The notes below the pieces were generated by a model. The model worked only from the letters and a program-made list of their open reading frames with translations, did no database searches and was not told the DNA's origin. The position numbers and the translations under genes were made by a program. Below are positions 34,510 to 43,277 of a stretch of DNA of 64,000 nt, one piece after another. Source of the stretch: Candidatus Micrarchaeota archaeon (GTDB taxonomy: Archaea > Micrarchaeota > Micrarchaeia > Norongarragalinales > Norongarragalinaceae); assembly GCA_016207165.1 (NCBI GenBank), contig JACQQD010000005.1, positions 98,736 to 162,735 on the forward strand, written 5' to 3'. Numbering within the stretch: position 1 is the first letter of the stretch; the number at the start of each line of letters is the position of its first letter.

Positions 34510-34878
34510 ATGGAAGCCCTGCTCCGCGATTTGAAGCCACTTTTCGAGGAAACCATTGCCCCGGAACGGCTTTCCAAGGGAACGCGAATCGCCATCAACT
34601 CGGACCACAACCGTTTTTTCCGGACGTCGGAACTGGACGGTTTTGCTACCTCCACGCCGGAGACCAAATCCGGGGTCACCCTTTGCGGCAAGCTGCGGAG
34701 AGGATTTTCCGCCGACGACGTCAAGGTGGTTTTTCAACGCCATCAGGCGGCCCTGGTTTCGGGTCCCCATGAAACGTCGGCGTATCACCACGACGGCTAC
34801 GTCGGCATTCAAGTGACCGGCCCCCGCCGGCACGACCGGTTGTATCAACGTCTCCACGAATCGTGGTACTCCCGTTGA
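34510..34878 (+). CDS. hypothetical protein (122 aa)
   Basis: ORF only, 4 nt downstream of GGR-like gene. Confidence 0.3.
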   Translation: MEALLRDLKPLFEETIAPERLSKGTRIAINSDHNRFFRTSELDGFATSTPETKSGVTLCGKLRRGFSADDVKVVFQRHQAALVSGPHETSAYHHDGYVGIQVTGPRRHDRLYQRLHESWYSR

Positions 34879-34987
34879 TTTTTGGGCGCCACGCATCCCT
34901 CGTGGGCACTTCGTCGTCCGTCGGCTGGGTCTTGGTTTTTATTCCTTTTCGTGGTCAAGCACTCTCTGGAGTTGGATGTTCGTGGGC

Positions 34988-36922
34988 ATGAACTTGACGC
35001 ACAAAATCATTTCCGAGCACCTCGTCGACGGCCAAATGGTGGTGGGCGAGGAAATCGGCATCAAAGTGGACCAGACCCTCACCCAGGATGCCACGGGCAC
35101 CATGTCGTTTTTGCAGTTTGAAGCTCTGGGCCTGCCCCGCGTCCAAACCGAAGTGGCCGTTTCCTACGTCGACCACAACATGCTTCAGACGAGTTTCGAG
35201 AACGCCGACGACCACCGGTACTTGCAAAGCGTGGCCCAAAAGTACGGCGTGTACTTTTCACGCCCCGGAAACGGCATCTGCCACCAAGTGCACTTGGAGC
35301 GCTTTTCCGTTCCTGGCAAATTCATGCTGGGTTCCGACTCGCATACCCCCACGTGCGGCGGCATGGGGATGCTTGCCATTGGGGCCGGCGGCTTGGATGT
35401 CGCTGTAGCCATGGGCGGCGGACCGTTTTACACCAAAATGCCGAAAGTCCTGGGCATCCAGTTGAAAGGCAAGCTCCAACGCCACGTGGCCGCCAAAGAC
35501 ATCATCCTGGAGGTACTCCGACGGCTGACTGTCAAGGGAGGCGTGGGGAAAGTCATCGAGTACTACGGCGAAGGCGTCAAGTCGCTGGACGTGTACCAGC
35601 GCTCCACCATCACCAACATGGGCGCGGAACTGGGTTCCACCACTTCGATTTTTCCGACGGACGAAAAAACGCGGGAGTTCCTCAAGCGCCAAGGTCGTGA
35701 AGACGCCTACCAGGAAGTTGGCCCCGACGCCGATGCGACGTACGATGAGCATCTTGAAATCGACTTGAACACCTTGGAGCCCCTTATCGCCAAGCCGCAA
35801 AGCCCGGACAACGTTGTTCCGGTTCGGGAAGTAGAAGGCTTGGCCGTCCAGCAGGTGCTCGTCGGCTCCTGCACGAATTCCTCTTTGAAGGACCTCATGA
35901 CTGTAGCGACGTATTTGAAGGGCAAGAAAGTGCATTCCGACGTCTCCATGGCCCTCTCACCGGGCTCCAAACAGGTCTTCCAGGAAATCGCGCGCAACGG
36001 CGCTTTGGCGGATTTCATCAACGCCGGCGTCCGCGTTCTGGAAAGCGCGTGCGGTCCCTGCATCGGCATGGGACAAGCTCCTGGAAGTGACATGGTTTCC
36101 CTGCGAACATTCAACCGCAACTTCGCCGGACGCTCCGGCACCAAGAACGACAAAGTGTACTTGTGTTCGCCGGAGGTCGCCGTCGCGTCAGCCATCACCG
36201 GCAAAGTCACGGACCCCCGAAGCCTTCCGGACCTCGCCATCCACGTGCCCACCGAGATTGTGATTGACGACTCCATGATTCTGGCGCCGTCGGACGACCC
36301 CGACTCCGTGGAAGTCTTGCGCGGCCCCAACATCAAGCCCGTGCCCCTCAAGGAGCCCGTAACCAATGCGTTGGATGGCGTGGTGCTCATCAAGACGGGC
36401 GACAACGTCACCACGGACCACATCATGCCTGCCGGCGCCAAAATCCTTCCCTTGCGCTCCAACGTGCCCGCGATTTCCGAATTCGTGTTCTGCAACGTGG
36501 ACGCCGATTTCGTCAAACGCGCCAAGGAAAACCACGGCGGTTTCATCGTCGGCGGCGAAAACTACGGACAGGGGTCCTCCCGCGAGCACGCGGCCCTGGC
36601 GCCGATGTACTTGGGTGTCAAGGCCGTGTTCGCCAAGAACTTCGCCCGCATCCACAAGGACAATTTGGTGAACTTCGGCATCGTTCCCCTTGAAATTGAC
36701 GGGAGCACGTACGACGACCTCCAGCAAGGGCACGTGTTGTCCATGGAGGGCGTGCGCGAGGCCCTAGAGTTGGGGTCCACCAGCGTGGAATTGGCCAACT
36801 CGTCAAGCAAGAAGAAATACGCCGCGAAACTCAACTTGACGCCGCGCCAGCGCCACATCATCCTGGCGGGCGGCACACTGAACTGGACGCGGGCAAACGC
36901 GCCCCAAGCCAGCCTGGCGTGA
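34988..36922 (+). CDS. acn: aconitate hydratase (aconitase family; Fe-S ligand motifs ...GSCTNSS... and ...ACGPCIGMGQ...)
   Basis: ~645 aa; ...SDSHTPTCGGMGMLAIGAGGLD...; swivel domain ...GENYGQGSSREHAA... Confidence 0.75.
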   Translation: MNLTHKIISEHLVDGQMVVGEEIGIKVDQTLTQDATGTMSFLQFEALGLPRVQTEVAVSYVDHNMLQTSFENADDHRYLQSVAQKYGVYFSRPGNGICHQVHLERFSVPGKFMLGSDSHTPTCGGMGMLAIGAGGLDVAVAMGGGPFYTKMPKVLGIQLKGKLQRHVAAKDIILEVLRRLTVKGGVGKVIEYYGEGVKSLDVYQRSTITNMGAELGSTTSIFPTDEKTREFLKRQGREDAYQEVGPDADATYDEHLEIDLNTLEPLIAKPQSPDNVVPVREVEGLAVQQVLVGSCTNSSLKDLMTVATYLKGKKVHSDVSMALSPGSKQVFQEIARNGALADFINAGVRVLESACGPCIGMGQAPGSDMVSLRTFNRNFAGRSGTKNDKVYLCSPEVAVASAITGKVTDPRSLPDLAIHVPTEIVIDDSMILAPSDDPDSVEVLRGPNIKPVPLKEPVTNALDGVVLIKTGDNVTTDHIMPAGAKILPLRSNVPAISEFVFCNVDADFVKRAKENHGGFIVGGENYGQGSSREHAALAPMYLGVKAVFAKNFARIHKDNLVNFGIVPLEIDGSTYDDLQQGHVLSMEGVREALELGSTSVELANSSSKKKYAAKLNLTPRQRHIILAGGTLNWTRANAPQASLA

Positions 36923-36976
36923 CGGGCGGTTCACGGTTAAAGCAAAGCAACGGTTAGGGAGTGTGGGATTGAACGC

Positions 36977-38179
36977 ATGGCTGAAAAAATAACGGTGAAC
37001 AACGGCATTCTGAACGTTCCGGACCACCCCATCATTCCCCTCATTGAGGGCGACGGCGTGGGCGTGGACATTACGCCGGTCATGACGACCGTCGTTGACG
37101 CGGCCGTGGCCAAGGCTTCCGGCGGCAAGAAGAAAATTGAATGGAAGCCGATTCTGGCCGGCGAGAAAGCCATTGCCAAGACCAATGAACTGTTGCCCCA
37201 GGAAAGCATTGACGCCATCCAGGAGTACGTCGTCTCCATCAAGGGTCCCCTGACCACGCCGGTTGGCGGCGGGTTCCGGAGCCTGAACGTAACGCTTCGC
37301 CAGGTGCTGGACTTGTACGCGTGCGTGCGGCCCGTCAAGTGGTATCCCGGCATTCCCAACCCCATGAAGCAACCGGAGAAGTTGAACGTCAAAATCTTCC
37401 GCGAGAACACGGAAGACGTGTACGCTGGCATCGAGTGGGATGCCGGCAGTGCCGAAGCCAACAAGCTCATTGAATTTGTCGCCTCCATGGGAAAGAAAAT
37501 CCGGCCCAACTCGGCGGTGGGCATCAAACCCATCTCGGAATTCGGCTCCAAGCGCATCGTTCGCGCGGCCATTCACAACGCCATGAAGTACGGCTTGAGC
37601 AAGGTCACTTTGGTGCACAAGGGCAACATCATGAAGTTCACCGAAGGCGGATTCCGGAAGTGGGGCTACGAGGCCGCCAAGGAGTTTTCCAACACGGTTA
37701 CGGAAGAGGAAGTCGCCAAAGGCGCGTCCGCGGAAGGAAAAATCATCGTCAACGACCGCATTGCTGACTCCATGTTCCAACAACTTTTGCTCCGCCCCGA
37801 TGAATACCAGGTGTTGGCGACCATGAACCTCAACGGCGACTACTTGTCGGACGCCGCCGCGGCGCAAACCGGGGGCCTGGGCATCGCGCCGGGCGCCAAC
37901 ATCAACTACCAGACCGGCGTCGCGTTGTTTGAAGCCACGCACGGAACCGCTCCGAAGTACGCGGGCCAGGACAAAGTCAACCCCGGTTCGCTGTTGTTGT
38001 CCGCCGTCATGATGCTGCGCTACATGGACTGGAAAACAGCCGCCGACTTGGTGGAAAACGCGTTCCAGAAAACCATCGACCAGAAAATCGTTACCTACGA
38101 TCTTTCCCGGCAGATGGAAGGCGCCCAAGAAGTTCGGTGCTCGGAATTCGGGGACGCCATCATCCGGAACATGGATTGA
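36977..38179 (+). CDS. icd: NADP-dependent isocitrate dehydrogenase (prokaryotic homodimeric type)
   Basis: 400 aa; ...[15 protein letters not shown]...[18 protein letters not shown]... Confidence 0.85.
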   Translation: MAEKITVNNGILNVPDHPIIPLIEGDGVGVDITPVMTTVVDAAVAKASGGKKKIEWKPILAGEKAIAKTNELLPQESIDAIQEYVVSIKGPLTTPVGGGFRSLNVTLRQVLDLYACVRPVKWYPGIPNPMKQPEKLNVKIFRENTEDVYAGIEWDAGSAEANKLIEFVASMGKKIRPNSAVGIKPISEFGSKRIVRAAIHNAMKYGLSKVTLVHKGNIMKFTEGGFRKWGYEAAKEFSNTVTEEEVAKGASAEGKIIVNDRIADSMFQQLLLRPDEYQVLATMNLNGDYLSDAAAAQTGGLGIAPGANINYQTGVALFEATHGTAPKYAGQDKVNPGSLLLSAVMMLRYMDWKTAADLVENAFQKTIDQKIVTYDLSRQMEGAQEVRCSEFGDAIIRNMD

Positions 38180-38183
38180 TCGT

Positions 38184-39398
38184 ATGGCTCAACGCGCAAT
38201 CCGTGAAATCGACGCCAAAAACATTTTGGTCCACGCCGGCGTGGCGAAATGGCACGGCGTCTTGGTGGACGGGCAAACGGACTGGAAGACGCTTTCCAAA
38301 GACCACCCGTGGCTGTTGAAGGAAAAGCTGGTGGTCAAGCCCGACCAATGCTTTGGCCAACGAGGCAAGCACGGCTTGGTTTTGTTGAACGCCGATTTGA
38401 AGGGCGTCGAGCAATTCGTGCGGAAAAACATGAACCGGGTCGTTGAATTAAACGGCGTGAAAGGCCCCTTGACGCACTTCTTGATCGAGCCGTTTGTCCC
38501 GCATCAAGCCGAGTACTACGCCGCCATCCAGACCGAGAAAGACCACGACGTGGTTTTTTTCTCCTTGAAAGGCGGCGTGGACGTGGAGGAAAACTGGGAC
38601 CGCATCCAACCATTCAAAGTCGGAGTCCTTGACGACTTGGATTCGGTGTCCTTTGGCTTGCCCAAGATGCCGGAGCGCGACGCGGTCCACGCGTTTCTCA
38701 AGAAACTCTACCGCGTCTTTGCCGAGAACGACTTTTCGTTTTTGGAGTTGAACCCTTTTTGCATGGTGGACGGAAAGCCGGTGCTGCTGGATGCCGTGGC
38801 GCGGCTGGACGACACGGCGGCCTTCAAAGGCAAGTGGAACGTCGAGTTCCCGGCGCCTTTTGGCCGGACGTTGTCCAAGGAGGAAGCCTACATCAAGTCG
38901 TTGGACGAGAAAACCGGTGCGTCATTGAAGCTGACCGTCTTGAACCCGAAGGGAAAAATCTGGACGCTGGTCGCCGGCGGCGGAGCGTCCGTGGTGTACG
39001 CCGACACCATCGTCGACTTGGGCTTCCAAAAAGAGCTGGCCAACTACGGAGAGTATTCCGGCAATCCCAACGACGAAGAAACCTACCTTTACACCAAAAC
39101 CGTGCTGGAATTGTTGGTCAAAGGAAACGGGCAGATTCTTTTGATTGGCGGCGGCATCGCCAACTTCACCGACGTGGCCAAGACCTTCAAAGGCATCATC
39201 CAGGCGCTGAGCGAATTTGCGCCGGCGCTCAAGAAAAAAGGCGTGAAAATATACGTTCGCCGCGGGGGTCCCAACTACCAGCAAGGCTTGGAACACATGC
39301 GGCAACTGGGCGAGAAAACGGGTTTGTCCATCCAAGTCTTTGGCCCGGAAACGCATATGACGAAGATCGTTCCCATGGCGCTTGAGGAGCTGAAATGA
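38184..39398 (+). CDS. aclB: ATP-citrate lyase small subunit AclB-like (ATP-grasp, succinyl-CoA synthetase beta-like)
   Basis: 404 aa; ...EIDAKNIL...VVKPDQCFGQRGKHGLV...; CoA-ligase fold; immediately upstream of aclA-like gene. Confidence 0.75.
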   Translation: MAQRAIREIDAKNILVHAGVAKWHGVLVDGQTDWKTLSKDHPWLLKEKLVVKPDQCFGQRGKHGLVLLNADLKGVEQFVRKNMNRVVELNGVKGPLTHFLIEPFVPHQAEYYAAIQTEKDHDVVFFSLKGGVDVEENWDRIQPFKVGVLDDLDSVSFGLPKMPERDAVHAFLKKLYRVFAENDFSFLELNPFCMVDGKPVLLDAVARLDDTAAFKGKWNVEFPAPFGRTLSKEEAYIKSLDEKTGASLKLTVLNPKGKIWTLVAGGGASVVYADTIVDLGFQKELANYGEYSGNPNDEETYLYTKTVLELLVKGNGQILLIGGGIANFTDVAKTFKGIIQALSEFAPALKKKGVKIYVRRGGPNYQQGLEHMRQLGEKTGLSIQVFGPETHMTKIVPMALEELK

Positions 39399-39521
39399 AT
39401 GCGTTTACATGAGTTTAGGGAAAGGGGCGAGGCGGAGCAAGCGCCAGGGGAAAACCGTAGGTTTGCCCCGGGGCTTGCATGCACGAAGATCGTTCCCATG
39501 GCGCTTGAGGAGCTGAAGTGA
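39352..39521. repeat. second copy of the hairpin insertion (39399-39476) flanked by a ~40-45-bp direct duplication of the aclB 3' end/aclA start region (gcatRtgacgaagatcgttcccatggcgcttgaggagctgaaRtga)
   Basis: direct inspection: 39352-39397 and 39475-39521 nearly identical; core ...gaggcggagCaagcgccagggg-aaaaccgtaggtttg-ccccggggcttgcatgc. Confidence 0.6.
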
Positions 39522-41335
39522 AAAAGTTTATGACTCTTTTCGACGAAAACACGCAGGCCATCATCTTCGGCATGCAAGCCCAAGTCGTCCAACGCATGCT
39601 GGATTTCGACTTCATGTGCGGCCGGAAAACCCCGTCGGTGGCCGCCGTGGTCAACCCTTCGGACACTCGGATGCTGGCCGTCTTTTTCGGTTCCAAGCAA
39701 GTCTTGGTTCCTGTGTACGCGTCCACGAAAGAAGCCTTTCAAAAACATCCCGTTGCCTCGGTGTTCATCAACTTTGCTTCGTTCCGCTCCGCGTTTGACA
39801 CCACGTGGGATGCCTTGGATTTGCCGCAAGTTTTGTCCGTGGCCGTGATTGCCGAAGGCATGCCTGAGCGCGACACCCGGAGGCTTGCGGCGAAAGCCAA
39901 AAAACTTTCCAAGCCCTTCATCGGCCCGGCCACCGTCGGCGGCCTGACGGCGGGTTGCTTCAAGATTGGCAACACCGGCGGTGCCGTGGACGCCATGATC
40001 GACGCGAAACTCTACCGCTCCGGCTCCGTGGGATTCGTTTCCAAGTCCGGCGGCATGTCCAACGAATTGTTCAACCTGCTTTCCCACCACACCGACGGCG
40101 TCTGCGAAGGCATCGCCATCGGCGGCGACCGCTTCCCCGGCACCACGCTTTACGACCACGTGCAACGGTTCGAGAAGGATCCCAAAATCAAGCTCATCGT
40201 CGTCTTGGGTGAATTGGGGGGAACCGACGAGTACGACATCGCCGACGCGGTGGCGAAAAAGAAGATCAAAAAGCCGGTGGTGGCCTGGGTCACCGGCACC
40301 TGCGCGGCGCTTTTTGCCACCGAAGTCCAATTCGGCCATGCGGGCGCCAAGAGCGGTTCCAAGAAGGAAAGTGCGCAAGAAAAAAACGAGGCCCTAAAAA
40401 AAGCGGGGGTCTTCGTTCCGAAAAGCTACGACGACTTCGGTGAACTCATCCAAAAAGTATTCGAGAAGCACGTGGGAAAAATTCCCGCGGAAACGCAAAA
40501 CCCCCCCGTCATTCCGGAAGACTTTTCCGTGGCGGTAAAGAAAAACCGAGTCCGCCGGCCCGCCTCCATCGTGTCCAGCATCTCGGATGACCGCGGCGAA
40601 GACGTGCTGTACCACGGCGAGACCCTGACTTCCCTTCTGGAAAGAAAAGCCAGCCTGGGGGACGTCATCGCTTTGTTGTGGTTCAAAAAGAAGCTTCCCG
40701 CCTGGGCCACTGAGTTTATGGAAATGACGCTCAAAATCACGGCCGACCACGGGCCCGCTGTTTCCGGGGCGCACAACGCCATCGTCGCCTCGCGCGCCGG
40801 CAAGGACTTGGTTTCGTGCCTGGCTTCGGGTTTGTTGACCATCGGCCCCCGTTTTGGAGGCGCCATTGACGATGCGGCCCGCTACTGGCAAGCGGCCGTC
40901 TCTCAAGGACAGGCGCCCAAGGCGTTCGTGGATGAAATGAAAGCCAAGAACGTCTTGATTCCCGGCATTGGCCACCGCGTCAAATCCATCCAAAACCCCG
41001 ACGCCCGCGTGGCCGCGCTCAAGGCCTACGCCCAAAAGCATTTCCCGTCCACCCAGCACCTGCAATTCGCCTTGGACGTCGAGAAACTGACCACCCAGAA
41101 GAAAGGCAACCTGATTCTCAACGTGGACGGCTGCATTGCCGCCTTGTTTCTGGACCTTTTCGATTCCTGCCCCGAGTTTTCCGGCGAGGAAAAAAGACAG
41201 CTGGTGGACATTGGGGTCCTGAATGCCTTTTTTGCTTTGGGGCGAAGCATTGGCATGATTGGGCACGCCATCGACCAAAAACGCCTGCAACAGCCCTTGT
41301 ACCGGCACGACTGGGACGACGTGCTGTACCTCTAA
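39518..41335 (+). CDS. aclA: ATP-citrate lyase large subunit AclA-like (succinyl-CoA synthetase alpha-like CoA-binding + citrate-synthase-like domain)
   Basis: 605 aa; ...SKSGGMSNELFNLLS...VQFGHAGAK... (phospho-His loop); C-terminal ...IPGIGHRVKS... citrate synthase-like; start GTG 39518 or ATG 39530. Confidence 0.8.
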   Translation: MKKFMTLFDENTQAIIFGMQAQVVQRMLDFDFMCGRKTPSVAAVVNPSDTRMLAVFFGSKQVLVPVYASTKEAFQKHPVASVFINFASFRSAFDTTWDALDLPQVLSVAVIAEGMPERDTRRLAAKAKKLSKPFIGPATVGGLTAGCFKIGNTGGAVDAMIDAKLYRSGSVGFVSKSGGMSNELFNLLSHHTDGVCEGIAIGGDRFPGTTLYDHVQRFEKDPKIKLIVVLGELGGTDEYDIADAVAKKKIKKPVVAWVTGTCAALFATEVQFGHAGAKSGSKKESAQEKNEALKKAGVFVPKSYDDFGELIQKVFEKHVGKIPAETQNPPVIPEDFSVAVKKNRVRRPASIVSSISDDRGEDVLYHGETLTSLLERKASLGDVIALLWFKKKLPAWATEFMEMTLKITADHGPAVSGAHNAIVASRAGKDLVSCLASGLLTIGPRFGGAIDDAARYWQAAVSQGQAPKAFVDEMKAKNVLIPGIGHRVKSIQNPDARVAALKAYAQKHFPSTQHLQFALDVEKLTTQKKGNLILNVDGCIAALFLDLFDSCPEFSGEEKRQLVDIGVLNAFFALGRSIGMIGHAIDQKRLQQPLYRHDWDDVLYL

Positions 41336-41562
41336 ATCCTAGGCCCACTCGGAAAAAAAGTTTCCATTCATCGACGGTCTCATCTACGTTCTTGCCGTTC
41401 AATTGGATTAGCCTCTTTTGTCGGGTAGTGGGCTTCGGTTCTGATGGTTCAAGGACAAGCCCCCTCCGAGGCGATACCTTTAAAAGGGTTTTGTGCTATA
41501 AGGAGTAATCCGGTCGGAACCTTCTTGGTTTAGTGGTCGCCTTGGCGAATTTTAGCGGTGGG

Positions 41563-41805
41563 ATGGGTACGGATACAATCAAAACGGTCAACAACTTTTT
41601 AGTGCCTAAAGCCCAGAAGGCATCCGTTGATGACGTCAAGAAACTCTGTGACCAATTCCGCATCACGGCCCAACAACTGCCCCGCGTCCTTTCTTCAGAC
41701 CCCGGCGTGTCCGGTTTAAGCGTGCAGGAAGGCGACGTGGTGAAGTTCACGCGCAAAAGCTGGGTCACCGGAAAACCCGAGGACTATTACCGTTTGGTGA
41801 TCTAG
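41563..41805 (+). CDS. rpoH: DNA-directed RNA polymerase subunit H (Rpo5)
   Basis: ...DPGVSGLSVQEGDVVKFTRKSWVTGKPEDYYRLVI; conserved position before rpoB; track ORF from GTG 41533. Confidence 0.85.
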   Translation: MGTDTIKTVNNFLVPKAQKASVDDVKKLCDQFRITAQQLPRVLSSDPGVSGLSVQEGDVVKFTRKSWVTGKPEDYYRLVI

Positions 41806-41810
41806 GGTAA

Positions 41811-43277
41811 ATGGTGTACCTCGAACTCACGGAAAGCTACCTGCGCCAGAAAAGCCTGGTCCAGCAGAACTTGGACTCCTACAACCGCTTTCTTGAAGAA
41901 AAAATGCAGGAAATCGTGGAAGCCCAAGGGCAAATCGAGCCCCAAGTGGAAGGCTACCTCATCAAACTCGGCAAGATTCGCGCCGAAAAACCCATGGTCA
42001 CCGAAGCCGACGGTTCCCGTCGCCCCCTGCTTCCCATGGAGGCCCGCATGCGCGACTTGTCCTACACGGCGCCCTTGTTTTTGGAAATGACGCAGGTCGT
42101 CAACGGCGTTGAAAAGCGTCCGGAAGACGTGTTCATCGGCGAATTGCCCGTCATGCTGAAAAGCAAGTTGTGCTACCTGCACGGCAAAAACCACTCGGAA
42201 TTGGAGTTGGCCGGCGAGGACGCCAAGGACTCGGGCGGGTACTTCATCATCAACGGCACCGAAAAAAGTTTGATGACGCTGGAAGACTTGGCGCCCAACC
42301 GCATCATGGTCTCCCGCGAAAAAGACAAGGAAGTCGTGCAAGGCAAGATTTTTTCCACCCGCACGGGTTTCCGCGGACGCTGTACCGTGGACCGCTCCCG
42401 CGAAGGCAAGCTCACCGTGACGTTGCCTTCCTACAACAAGTCCCTGGAACTCATCTTGGTGTTGTACGCCTTGGGCTTGGACTCCGAGGAGAAAGTCGTC
42501 TCCGCTTTCGGAAAAGAAAAGGAAGTCCACAACGATTTGCTTTTGAATTTCGAACTCAACCCCGTCAAAAACAAGAAAGACGCCCTGGAGACCATCGGCA
42601 AACGCGCGGCGCCCGGCCAACCCGTCGACTACCAGCTCAAACGCGCCGAATTGTTGTTGGACCGCTACTTGTTGCCGCACATCGGCGTGACGCAAAAAGA
42701 CCGCCTCAGCAAGGCGTACTTCTTGTCCCGCATGTCGGAACGCGTGATTTTGGTTGCGCACAAGAAACGCGCGGTGGAAGACAAGGACCACTACGCCAAC
42801 AAACGCCTCAAGATCGCCGGCAAACTCATGGAGGAACTCTTCCGCTACGCCTTCGGATTTCTCGTCAAGGACGTCGCCTACCAAATCGAGCGCGCCAACG
42901 TCCGAGGACGTCGGATGAGCATGTTCGCCTTGGTCCGTCCCGACGCGTTAACCGACCGCATCAAGTACGCCATGGCCACCGGCAACTGGGTGGGAGGCCA
43001 CACCGGCGTGTCCCAACCCATGGACCGCTACAACTTCATTTCCGCCGCTTCATTCTTAAAGCGCGTCACGTCGCCTTTGGCCAAAAAACACCCGCACTAC
43101 AAGGCCCGCGACCTGAACGGCACGCACTGGGGGCGCCTGGATCCCAACGAGACGCCGGAAGGCCCCAACTGCGGCCTGGTCAAAAACCTCGCGCTGTACT
43201 GCGAAGTCACCACCGGAATTAAAGAACAAGCCGTTGAAGCCACGCTGAAGAAAATGGGGTTGACCATGCGCGTATGA
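41811..43277 (+). CDS. rpoB2: DNA-directed RNA polymerase subunit B'' (Rpo2 N-terminal half; split rpoB)
   Basis: 488 aa; ends 43277 with ATGA overlap into B'. Confidence 0.93.
   Translation: MVYLELTESYLRQKSLVQQNLDSYNRFLEEKMQEIVEAQGQIEPQVEGYLIKLGKIRAEKPMVTEADGSRRPLLPMEARMRDLSYTAPLFLEMTQVVNGVEKRPEDVFIGELPVMLKSKLCYLHGKNHSELELAGEDAKDSGGYFIINGTEKSLMTLEDLAPNRIMVSREKDKEVVQGKIFSTRTGFRGRCTVDRSREGKLTVTLPSYNKSLELILVLYALGLDSEEKVVSAFGKEKEVHNDLLLNFELNPVKNKKDALETIGKRAAPGQPVDYQLKRAELLLDRYLLPHIGVTQKDRLSKAYFLSRMSERVILVAHKKRAVEDKDHYANKRLKIAGKLMEELFRYAFGFLVKDVAYQIERANVRGRRMSMFALVRPDALTDRIKYAMATGNWVGGHTGVSQPMDRYNFISAASFLKRVTSPLAKKHPHYKARDLNGTHWGRLDPNETPEGPNCGLVKNLALYCEVTTGIKEQAVEATLKKMGLTMRV

Noticed and set aside
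41336-41562. Possible ncRNA in the 227-nt spacer between aclA and rpoH (stem gggctt...aagccc)
   Set aside because: Only a weak 6-bp stem with a 21-nt loop; more simply the rpoH promoter/leader (TATA-like cctttaaaag at ~41474)
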